NCBI GenBank assembly: GCA_030141605.1
Contig: JAQGDQ010000030.1
Coordinates: forward strand, 913,171-977,170
Reading direction: 5' to 3'
DNA length: 64,000 nucleotides
From: Tubiluchus corallicola
Taxonomy: Eukaryota > Animalia > Priapulida
Positions 40,754 to 52,869 of the stretch are shown here, piece after piece; within the stretch, counting starts at the first letter, position 1; each line of letters begins with the position of its first letter. Below the pieces are notes generated by a model. The model did not search any database. It was not told the DNA's origin and was given only the letters and a program-made list of their open reading frames with translations. A program made the position numbers and the translations under genes.

Positions 40754-43700
40754 ATGAAAGGGCAGAATGGCTATATCAAAGTTGCCGTGGAGGATGTGGA
40801 ATCCCAAACACCGCCGCAAGAATTTCCAAAGGAGAAGATGAAAACATTTGCTGCTCTTTTCCTGCTGTTCTGCAGCTGTTTATTGACTACGTCAGTGATA
40901 TCTATTGTACATGAATGGGTGCCTGATAGGACGATACCACCGCTGCCCGATGTATTTTTCATGAATATACCACGGATAAACTGGGCATTTAAAATAGCAG
41001 AGACTATAGGAATAACATTTATGTTGATGATATTTGGTCTTCTATTTTTGCACAGACACAGGTGAGAGTTTGAACTAAGTCAAGTTTATCGTTTTCATAG
41101 CCTCAAAGAGATGAAGAAAAGTTTGCACTTAATGTAAACTTGGTTTTATTTTGAAATGCTAAAACTACAGATTATATTAATTTTTTAATATTAATATTAA
41201 TTTAGTAGTAGAAACACGAAACTCATAGCAAATGCTGTCTTTAAATTCAGTGGAACTCGTAAGACAATTTTTGAGCATTTTTTAGTTTTCCCTTCAAACG
41301 AGTGATTACAATATGTCCAGAAAATATATATGTTCAGAAAAAAATAGCACATTGTGATTAGTGCAACTTTGCAGAACAAAAATAAACAAAATTTGGCAGG
41401 TAGCAGGTAATATGCAATCATGTTTAATGGTGCACTAGCTTGATATATAAGAAATACACAGTAGGTTTTTTTAGACACTTGTAAATGCAACGCAAACAAA
41501 CTTGGCACAAAAACTTAATAGGCATGTTGTTGTTACATATTTGGTGTCGTGGCACTGGAATTAATCCTTTTCTTTTTGCACTAGTGTATGAGCAGCCTAG
41601 ATCCGTGCCTTTCTTAATTTCTGATCTGAGGATTTTTGTTTATATACTCAGCTGTTAGCCTGTTAATTAATTCGTTTCATATACAACTTATTGTACTATG
41701 ACTAGTTTCCTTAGATTGACGATGCAAGCAAATGACTGTACAATAGTACATCTAAGTAAGCTGTGCCAAACTTTTGTCTTCGGATTCAAGTAAAAAATCT
41801 ATTGAATCAACTATTTTTTAATTGCAAGAAAAATGGGACTTTGAAAGAAGTGCTGCTTGTTTTTGTTAGTTTTCGGATTATTGTTTCGTTATGAAGTCTG
41901 CTAACTGGTAACTTTTAATATAACAGTGTGATCTTTCGATGAAATTAATTACTGATTTTGAGAACTCTCACTTACTAATTCTAACCAGTAATCCTATGTA
42001 AAGATTCTTTATGAGAGTTGTTAAGGTTAAACATGATATAGTAAATTCTGTTCCCTTCACTTTTCTGTGCTTTAGGTTCTAGTCCTGATTAATTAAGATG
42101 GTCTTACTCTTAAGGGGATGTTAGTGGTGCTACTGATATCGGTGTAATTTGTATACTTTTAGGCAGATGAATTGCTTAACTACAATGCTGACTGATAGGA
42201 AGAGCAATAAATTATGGTTTTACTTATGTGCAGGTTGATAAGACCGTGTGTGCGTGTGCGTTTATGCTTGCACTTATGTAGATTCAATGCAAATCAATAC
42301 TGTGATTGTCATATTTGGCTAATTTGCTGCAATTATTTCTAGATGGATAGTGCTGCGCCGTTATGCATTTACCGTATCTTTACTTTATACGTTAAGATGT
42401 GTTACCATGTTCGTTACCATCCTTCCTGTGCCTTCCGATGAACTCAAGTGCTCGCCAAAGGTAAACTTTAATAAGAAAAAGATTTAATAAAAAATGTTCA
42501 GTAAAAACAAAGCTCCATGAATACTTTTACAGAGTAACTTTATAATGATTTGAGCACCTTTGTGCCATTGCAGCTCATAGTACTCATATAAACTGCACTC
42601 TATTCAATTACATTTAACATCATTTAAGTTTCTAGTTGGAAATTCTGAAATACTTGCCTCTGTTCTTGCATCTTTTACTGTGAAAATAATTTAAACTACT
42701 ACTAAGCACGATCTGAGTTGTGAACATTTTCTGTGGTAGAAATAACATAATATATTGATGTAATTAAGTAAATATGCAAGAATTTTTGCGATAAGCTCAC
42801 TTTGATACCTATTTGTCAAGTGTCACAGTTTGAGTTTGAGTTTGTCTTTGAGTTTGAGTCTTATTTTGGCCTGAACTGACTATAACCAAAATAAAATTTA
42901 ATACAGTTAAAGCCACTCTGAAGGCATTTTTAGTGTTATGCTCAGATCATAGCTTTGCTCATGCATACTTCAATGCACAATATATGATAATATTTAAAAA
43001 ACATTATTAACGACCTGCAGCGTGTGAAAGTTTTAGTATGACGTCAATGGTATCTTGCAGTTTGCTGTTTTGCTATTGTGATTAAATTTTCCATTTTCTC
43101 ATCATTGCTGCTTTTGTCTGATTGCCATTTTGTCTTGTCCATCACAATTTTGCCATCAGTATTGCTTTGAGTAGGTTATGATAGAATACCTTCACAACAG
43201 AATGTGAAATTTTGGGCCTTTATAATTTGGACAATAATTTTTTTTGTTAATTTAAAACAAACAAAAGTTTAATTGCTCCATAACGGTTATACTTTGCTTC
43301 TACATTTTGCAGCTGGGTCTGTCATTTTCTGTGGTGATGACTCGTGCATTCAAACTGTTGAGCGGATTCGGCATGTCAGTCACTGGAGTCCATAATCTCT
43401 GTGGGGATTACATTTACTCGGGTCACACGTTCATGCTCGTCATTTCTTACTTGTACATAAAAGAATGTAAGTTAACTACATTACAGTTACATCATTCCGC
43501 TATTAAGGCAGTCTTAGGTCGACCTTACAATGCATCACAACTGAGAGCAACTGAAAACTTGGCAACTGGTATGCTGCTAGTTTCGAACGTATCCAGTCGA
43601 CATAAGCTAGCTTACTACCTAATTCAAGGCAACGGAACTCAGTTCCAGCAAGTTGCTCATGTTCTAATCGTTGCATACGGTTCCACCCAGTTTTGAGCTG

Positions 43701-45929
43701 AGCATTGTTTTATGATGATTGTAGTCTGGTTTACGTGGCCTGCTCGGAGATTTTTTTATTGGGATATCCTCAGTCATCATCGGCCTGAGCAGTGTTGCAA
43801 TTTGCGGGAATTTGTTGCTGGGAATCAGTCGCTGTCGACCTGAGCGTGTGTGTGTGTGTAACTGTTTTCTGTCAGTTGAAACGAGCTGTTAGGTCGACAT
43901 AAGTTTGGCTTAAAGCACTAGTTTGTGGCCATTATTTAGCTGCCAGAAACTGAACAGTGGTGTTTTTGCACATTTGCTTATTCAAGTTTGCTGAGTAGAT
44001 ATGTGTATCAGTAAATATAATAATCACTTATTAGATATACACAGATTAACCGAGTAATTCGAATGCTAAGTGCATTTCATGTCATTTGTTTTGACAGCAT
44101 CTGCTGGTTTGTCAAAGTTTGATTAAACTTAATTTCTTGTTTAAGAAATTTCGCTAGTTGTTTTATGTAAGCAAATGAATGGTTTACATCTTTGCACATG
44201 CTGCTAGATAATCAGGCTAACTTTTGTTTACATATATTATGGCCATATTACAAAATTACTGTAATTGAAAGTATTCGTGTGTTTAAATAACTGTTGCTGA
44301 TAAAAAAACCGGGCCAGTAGCCAACAACTTATTTAGGCATTTTGTGATTTTGACCCAAATCTGTTAAAAATATAATTAGAACTTTTATTGGTTAATATAC
44401 TTTTATCGTAGTAGCTAATTTCAAGAAAAAAAGCTTAATGTAATAACTACTGTGTTTTGCCACATTCTTTAATGCTCAACAAGGTGATATGTATGTTCTA
44501 GGCAGTTTCACTAGGGAGTTCATAGGTTATTATTAAATTATTTGCAGCGAATCACTTTTGTTGCTGTTAAAATGCCCAGTTGAGTGATTCATGTTGTTAG
44601 TCGTGCTTTCTGAACATTTTCTGAGTAACGATTCATCAAAGTTTGATTACATTTAATTCCTTGCTTTAAGTATTTCTGTACTGTAGTGCTCATTGAAAAA
44701 TAGGGGTGGAGCTTTTTGTTGTAAATTGGAGATTCAGAATACAATTTTGAAAACAGCGAATTTCAATAGTACATGAATTGGCCTAGTACAAAACATGAGC
44801 CATTACAATAAGTCTGAATCATATGAAATTCTCTGTAAAAAACTGTACGAGTAATACGTTATTGTCTCTTTGCCCTGTAGCCCTTCTCTCTTAATCTCTC
44901 TTTCTCTATCTCTTTCTCACCTAGTTACAGTTTCTTTTTATCATAATGCATCTTTATATTTATCTTGGTGTAAACGTTTTTTATATCAGTATATGAATTC
45001 TGGTTACAGTTAGTTTAACAATTTTAGATGATAGCTGGCTACATAAAAATTTATAAACCTAAAATTTCTGCCTGTGTTCTCAGTAAGTACACGTACAGTA
45101 GAATTTGCTCTGATGCCAAGCTAACTATTGCCCTGTATAAAATCCATAATAAATTTGCTAAACTATTGTTTCAGATACTCCAAAGACATGGCGGTTGCTA
45201 CATTGGTTGACATGGATTATGTGCTGCACTGGCGTCTTCTGTGTCCTTGCGTCACATGAACATTACTCAGTTGACGTGGTCCTCGCATATTACATTTGCT
45301 TGCGATTATTTTGGGTGTACCACTTCTTGTGCAACAACAAGGACCATAAGGTAACACATTATTATGGCTTTGTCACTTTGTTTCTGCATGCAGAATTGTT
45401 ACATATGGTATTTACAAACCTTAAGATGAGTGGTTTTTAAATGGTTGTGATGAGCCAACTAATCAGCAGCTGTTCGCTTATGATTTTCACAAAAATACAT
45501 AAGGTAAGAGTGATATTTTTGTGACATTAGGCTATGTTTTTTAGTTAATTGAGAAAGAAGTTATATTCCATTTCTTGTTAACTTTAGTCTTTAATATTGA
45601 GTTGAATATGCGGAAGGTTATTTTCCTTCTAAATTCACGAGTTTTAGTGTACTTCACACAGACACATACAAGCTTGTGCAGTTTTGCAGAAAACAAAGCA
45701 TAATATTGATAAATGCTAAAATTAATTTTCGTTGTTTCAGCTTTCGATGTACGAAAATTTTTGTATTTTACAGAAACGACATTCAACAAATTATATCTCC
45801 AGAGATTTCTGGTTTCCTGTATTTCATTTCTTTGAGAAAAATGTTGGCGTTCCTTTGCCGAAGCACTATTCGTGGCCATTCGAATATCCTAGATCTTTAG
45901 CAGTATGGTCAGTTGAGTACACTGATTAA
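40754..45929 (+). CDS. Sphingomyelin synthase family protein (SGMS1/2-like, no SAM domain), about 303 aa
   Basis: Coding exons 40754-41061, 42343-42460, 43313-43466, 45175-45350 and 45774-45929 (phases 2,0,1,0; 912 nt). All four SMS motifs are present: PPLPD, RR..F....LY.LRCVTM.VT.LPVP, CGDYIYSGHT and HEHYSVDVVLAYYI...LFWVYH. An in-frame TGA in the 5'UTR part of the exon (acceptor at 40666) fixes the ATG. Confidence 0.92.
43503..43913. mobile_element. TTAA-flanked MITE (about 410 bp) in SMS intron 3
   Basis: Left ttaaggcagtcttaggtcgacct versus reverse complement of the right end ttaagccaaacttatgtcgacct (imperfect TIRs including TTAA); internal small inverted repeats. Confidence 0.65.
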
Positions 45930-48900
45930 TGTAGCCCAGATTGAAATTATTACTAGAGAAATGTGCAGCACTACACGGAGCATGGCTGCTCTGCAGCACT
46001 ACCATGTCAACAAGTAAAAGTGACCTCTTCAGACTAAATTATTTTAAAGAGAAGATATTTTGTACTGATTTCAGTTGTGGTGCAAGTTATGATTTATCTT
46101 TGTCTTTGTCTTTTATAGTTCTTAGCTTCACCTACGTACTATACCATCTTCTGCTTATATGGTAGTTTTAGACTAAAGGTACATTTAAGTCTAGTGTGCT
46201 TTCTGCTGCATAGCATTGATTTTAGAGTTTACTAAGTCACATACATGAATAAATATCGTGCTAGGGTTGTGTTACTCTTACATACAATAAATAGGTAGAG
46301 GTTCAGACTCATGCTGCTGTGCTTGACCGTAGAACACGTGCTATATCAGTTAGCTTTAATTAGGGTTGGCGGTCATTTTTTCTGAATTGTCAATTTTCTG
46401 TCAACGCGATTTCATTCCTCCAAATGCTTTCCTTGCGTAAAGTTTAAGTGACTCAAAACTTATTACAGCTTGCCTAATCTAAGTGACAAGGTTAGTGCAT
46501 GCTTGTTTGTCTTTGAAATTTGTCTTAATAGAATAAGAACGGAGGTCAATATGCTAGAGCAAAAAAAATTAAAACTGTGTAACTGCATTGCAGAAATATT
46601 GCTTAAAAGTACCTTTGAAATGTGGGTTTATAGTCTGTTGTAGTACTTAGTAAATTACAGAGCAGTTTTGTCAGCCCATTCAGTGTAAGTGATATAATGC
46701 ATCCTCCTTTAGCCTAACTGAAATAACAAGGTATGGTTATTTATGCTCATTTGTGTATTAAAATGTTGTTATGTTAGTTTATATTTGTTGGCATATAGGA
46801 GTAAAGGCCTTGCTCTTACCAAGTTACATCCTTCTCTTGTAGCAGTGGGTAGGGAGCAAACTGTTTTGACTTCCAATGCAAATAAATGTTGCTAGTCAAA
46901 GCTCTGTTTCTCTGTAGTAAATTACTATTTTCAAGATAAGGAGAAAATAAAAGCAGAAATATGCCAGAGTCAAAGCTTAAGTAAAAACCTGGTAGTGGTC
47001 AGTGAAATCTTAAAGGAAAACCAGATGATTGTGTAGACAAATAAAGTATGCTCTAAAAATGAAAAATACAATAGCTTCTTTCTAAATAACAGCCTAAATT
47101 AAATAATAATTACATTGAATAGTTAAATTTTGTCAAACTTTCAAAGCTACATGCGGCTCATTGAATCTACTAAGACTGGCAATGCCTTTATCACATTTGC
47201 TTGGTACTATAAGTATGATCATGAACTGCAACGTTTGTCTGTGACATGAGCCCATTTTTGTGACATCACATCAACGTGCTATACCAATCTTTGCTTACGC
47301 AAATGTGCTTGACATGCAGGCAAGATGCCTTCCATTGCACAAATTGTGGTTAATTTGTGACGTAAGCAATAGCTGTGTTCGATTGCCGTTAATTAACTTT
47401 CCAACTTTATTATTCAAATATAAGAAACAATTGCTAGCTTTTATAGGCAAAAATGTATATTTTGGACAGTAAATTAAAATGCGATTGTGTCTAGTCAATC
47501 GTCCGATTCTTCTTTAATTTTCACATAACATTCTTTGGCCAGTTTGTAAGTTGATAAGTCTGCAAACAGTTTATTATTAACTCCAACACCTTTTCGTGTA
47601 ATTCCAATGATTTCTTTGTTTTCTTTCTCCACAAACATGCAGAGTTCATTTTAGGCACCTACTTTTATGCAAATCTTTCAAAAGTATTTTAAAGTTTCTG
47701 TTTGTTTCTCAAAAAAGTGTTCTGAATAAGGCTCGTCTTTCATGGATTAGTTGCTATTTAGATACTAATTGCAGTTTCAATTTGTAATATTTGTCTTATG
47801 CAACACTAGTTGGTTGTAAAAAAAGCTTATTGTCAGCAACATCAATTTTCACATTTTCCATGAAGAACTGAAGATATTTTAAGTAAATTGGGGAACATTC
47901 TAATTTTAATTGTACTGAACTTCAGGTCTTCCAAAATTATTGCTACCTTTATGCTTGTTGGCTGATTGATTAGCTCATGCTGCTTTCTTGCCAAAACAAT
48001 TCTTGTATGTAAATATTGCAGCATTTCTATTAACTATATAGTCTGATGATATCGCATATTGTCACATACGTTACTTCAGCCCAAAAAATTAGTATATTTA
48101 TTATGCTGTAGATCTAGATGGTTTAGCAGAATTTGAAAACTTGTGCAACTTCTTTTGTGCTCTATGTGTTTTGCTGCAAATTTTATGGGGGAAAATTTGT
48201 ATTAATGCTTCACAAAAGGATGATTGATACTAATTGTTCAAAGCTTTTTAATGGACTTTACATCTTTTTGCCTTGCTGATTTGAAAAAAAACATCGTATC
48301 ATTCAAGCAAATTCTTCATATAGTTAGGTTGACACTATAGACGGCATCTCAACTTTCTGGATGTAGTAACTTAGCCCGAACACACAGACAGTTAAAAAAA
48401 AGTTTTTATGTGGCACTTTCATTGTCAGCAATTTAACCGCAGTGTACGGACACAGCAGTGACTTCATATTTTTATGCAAATGGACAATTGATTTGTAACA
48501 TTATCTAACTAAATCTTTATTTTAAATGAGCAGGTATCAATTATTTTTGATGTAAGATACCTATGATGGGCAAGATTTTCAGTTTTTGCAGTGCATGAGT
48601 ATCTAGTTTGATTTCTTTTAACTGTGTAAGGTGAAATGATCTGAGAGCAAATCTATTGTCAAATTATAAACCAGTATTGCACTATATGTAATAGCACCAT
48701 TGATGCAATAGTATTGTGCTGTTTGTAAATAATATTTAGTACATTTAGGTGTTGTAATTATACTGTACATTCATAAGTGTTGTGCCAATCCAAAGCTTGT
48801 TTATTTTATTCAATGAATTACTTGTCTTTGTGTTAAAGTAAGTTTTAGTTAAATTAGGGTGCTAGCTTGTTATAATGTCATCATGATTTGAATATCTATT

Positions 48901-50853
48901 ATACGTTCGTGTAATGGTAATATGCATAAGCATAAATCGTTAGCTGTCATATTTTCTTATTATGTAAGAGATGTAGGCAAGTAATTATTGTTTTTTACGA
49001 ATACTTTCTGAGACGTAAAGTCACCTAAGTGTTTATTATAACCTGCTTTATGGAGCGAGTTTGCATGGTTAAAAACTTGCCGGAGATGCAATGTCAGATT
49101 GTGGCTTTTTGCCACTTTATGAAAACATGGAGATCTGTGTATTTATGCATGTTGCCATGGTAATGTAACCAGGACGACACGAGTTTGTATCACTTTTTCT
49201 TCCTACAGAGTAAACTTATTGCATGAAGGTGACATAAATTGTTTACTAACATATTTTTTCTGTTTATTAACTTTTCAGCGGCCCAATTAACTTGTCATTT
49301 GGTTAAGTTGAAAAACTTAAGATCTTGCAACAATCTTAATTAGCAATTGAAAACTGTATGAAGGTTTGCGGCAAGTCCATGATTTTGGGTTGAAATCTCA
49401 TTCACCTCCACATTCTGTCAGCATCTCCCTTTTTACTGCTGAACAGCAAACTTGCTAGAATAATGTAATTGTACTAGTTACTTATATTTTGACTTTCCTG
49501 TTTTGTCTTGTCTCCCAATTGTGTCGTCAATTGTGTGCAAAACAGTGGCGGAAATTGTGATTACGAAAATTAGTGGCACCTCTGTGTGCTCTTATGATTT
49601 AACATTTATTCCAGTTACTCAACATCTTTATAAGGTGCTGTGCTGTATGAGATCATTGCATATTTTTGTTTTAAAAAATTACAACTGTCTTCATCAGTTC
49701 AATGCCTGTTGGATAAAGTCAGAAAATTACCTTTCTGCTAAGCCTTCCAACAGGTGGATTAAAGCATAAGACTTTTAAATTTGACTGTTTCGAAATGTCA
49801 TGGAAATCACTGTGAAAGGTTATTATCTTTGCATGACTGTGTATTTCTCATTTTCTTGCAGGTAAGGATGAAAATATACTGGCTTGCTGCTTGACATATC
49901 ACAGGCAATAAAGCTTTTACTTTAAATTGTCCAAAATATTAACGAGTTGTGAACCACCCTTTTCAAAACTGTGCTTCACATCCATTTTTTGACAGCTAGT
50001 TTTCTGGCTTAGTGTCTTTTACTTGTACAACGTACCCAAGTAATGAAGCAATGATTCATGCTGTTATCAGCATTCTTCAATAGATGATATGAGTTTACTG
50101 GCTGTAACTTGTTAGTGATTATACACAGATCAAAATGTTGGATGGTAACCTAATGTTGCAATGATAATATGGCTGTCAGTATTAATTATTGTCATTATTG
50201 TGAAATAAATTATGAATTAACACTGAATGACGTTTTTTTTCAATTTACTGTATTATTGGTCATTTAGGGACTGGCTTATTTTCAACTCTAAATTAATTGT
50301 ATGCCAAAAAATGTTTCATTATTCTTAATTTTCACTTGTAGTCGTAACACATGTTCAACTCTGCTCACCTGCAATTAGTTTCATTTGTACAGTACTGTCA
50401 ATCAGCTTTGTGGAATCAAATCCCTTTGCTTTTGCGCTTTTGTGATTAAGTGTTGAGATTACATAATTTCTACTTGAGAATTTTTTATCAATTCAAAATT
50501 ATTCGTTTTGCCAGTGCTTGGCTCCATGGAGTCTGAAACGTTTCATCAGCTAACTAAATTAAAATACAAATTACAAACATCTTACTTAAAAATGTTCACC
50601 ATATTTTTATTATTATAATACCCAAAAGCAATTATAATTCAATTACAGTTGATTCTTGGGTTGGTTGTATTATTCAATTATAGCAATTTGTATATTGCAA
50701 CCTTTTTGCAGCTTGTAAAATTAACTTGTTTTTTGCTAGTAAAACGTCCTTTTAAAAGATAGTAATTTTTCGAATGCAAAAAAGACTCTGAAATGCCAAA
50801 AGAACTACATAATCGTGAAACAGATGAAATCCATTTAAGTGAACGCGAAGGCG

Positions 50854-52800
50854 TTACTTGAGATACGTGTCTGTCATGTACTCTGGTATGTAATAACAAT
50901 ATCTCATCAGTGGATGCTTGTCATATTCCCCGTCTGGCCGGTAGGAAGCAGATGCGTCTGTGTTAGGCCATGGTGTATTGCACTTCCATCTGAACCATTC
51001 TTCTGAGACTAACATACCTGAAACCTGTTACAAAAACGATGAAGACAAGAGTGCTAGTAACTTTTATTAACTGGTCCATATGTCTTTCATCTAGTACAGT
51101 TCAAAAACATTTCAGCTGGTATTTTCTGAAAGTCTGAAAAACATGAAACTAAGCGATAGAGTCGCCTTTTCCGTTTAATTTTTTTTCATGCATTTTAATT
51201 TTTAAAAAAAAATGCGCACAAGAAGCAGAGGAGATTATCATGAAGCATCTTACGTCTCATGAGAAAAGAGTATAATATTAGAATGGTTTCGCTCATATTA
51301 TAAATATACTAGATTAGCCCTAGCCAGTGTTCCAAGAAAGTGCACATTCGAAGAATCGATCAGTCAAGATTAATTGTTTCAGAAAGTATTACCTTTAATC
51401 GGACAAAACGTTGCCAAGAGATTCAAAAGCTTTTATTCTGATAAATTTTATTTTTCATTTTAACGAGCGCTTAATCAGTGACCACCACACCACGGGCAGC
51501 TAGCTTGGCTTGTCATGATAAATAGGTACATCACAATTTTATGCAGATAAACCATGTTCGGTTTAGTGCAATGACTTGGGAAAATTGCTCGATTCAACGA
51601 TATTTTGATTTCGCAAATTTATTATTTCATCTCAAAAACATAACACAGGGTGTTTTCTACGTTTAAGTATGACTGTAAATGTGCGAAAAATTAGGCTAGG
51701 TTTTACTTGCTTGCTCGTTACCAATCAGCCTTGTAAAAAGCGCGAGTTTTTCTAGCACAAAACGCATGGTTATTGGTTTTATCGGAATGTTATTGGCATA
51801 AATCTAATTATCAAATCCGGCAGGCCTACTTACATCCCCCTAAGAAAATTATAAACCATATCTCGGGATTTTCTCAAAGATGAGACAGAGAAAATAAGAA
51901 ATGGCGTTTTCTAAGTTTTAAAAGCATAATTTTGTACATAAATTCATTTAGAAATTTTTCTAATGCGAACAGTTCACAGAACATTGGATTTTTGGCTTTC
52001 AAATCGCTGTGCCATAAAAGAGCCTTGCAAAAGTCCGTTTGTTTTCAATATTTTTAATTCAACTAGTTGTAAACCGTCATGTTCAGTGAAACCGTAGTTT
52101 CAATCACAGAACAAAATCAAAATCGCCACACTAGTACCAGCACTTTTGAAGAAAATGAACATAAGGAAGCAGTGAAAAGTGGAGGGCCCTGCACGTGACC
52201 CTGAAATTTCCCGAGAGGAAGGCTTACGGAAAAGTCTTTCACGAGGAATAATAATGAAATGCTTCCAAGATAGCTAGAAAATGCTCGAATAGGCAAAAAA
52301 TTATTTAACGTGATACAGCGGACACAAAAAGATCTCCCAAATGTGTCAATGTAGAATCCCACAAATGCATGCTTAGGCTTGTTCAAATTGCTAAATGTCA
52401 GGATGCTAAAAGAAATGATATTCATTCAATAAAAATAAATACAGACCTATACATGTTCGTACATTTGAAAAATGTAGTTGGATTTACCAAAATGATCCAT
52501 GCATTAGATTAGCGTACCTCTTGGCACTGGCCGCCATATCGTAAAAGATAAAATGGAGCCTCATTAGGCAAAAAAATAGGGTTACTGGCAGGCCCATCAT
52601 CTCTACAGCAGTAACGAACAAGTGTATCTTCTCCGTAATCACCATCTGGGCACTCACCTAATGTTATAATAAAGATGTCATAAATATAGACTATAGATTA
52701 GTCTTTTGTCATGTACTCTGTCCGTATCATAAATGTAATGTACGTAAAAGACCGTAAATGCGAGAGTGTAATTTCTAATAACAAAACGCAATTGGCCTTG

Positions 52801-52869
<69 letters not shown>

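Noticed and set aside
43712-43788. C/D-box snoRNA-like ATGATGA...CTGA
   Set aside because: Lies within a MITE; the C box is part of an internal inverted repeat and I see no rRNA-complementary guide.
50520-50550. Hammerhead-like pieces (hairpin + GAAACGTT, and CTGATGA on the opposite strand)
   Set aside because: The core elements are on opposite strands and cannot form one ribozyme; at most a scrambled relic.
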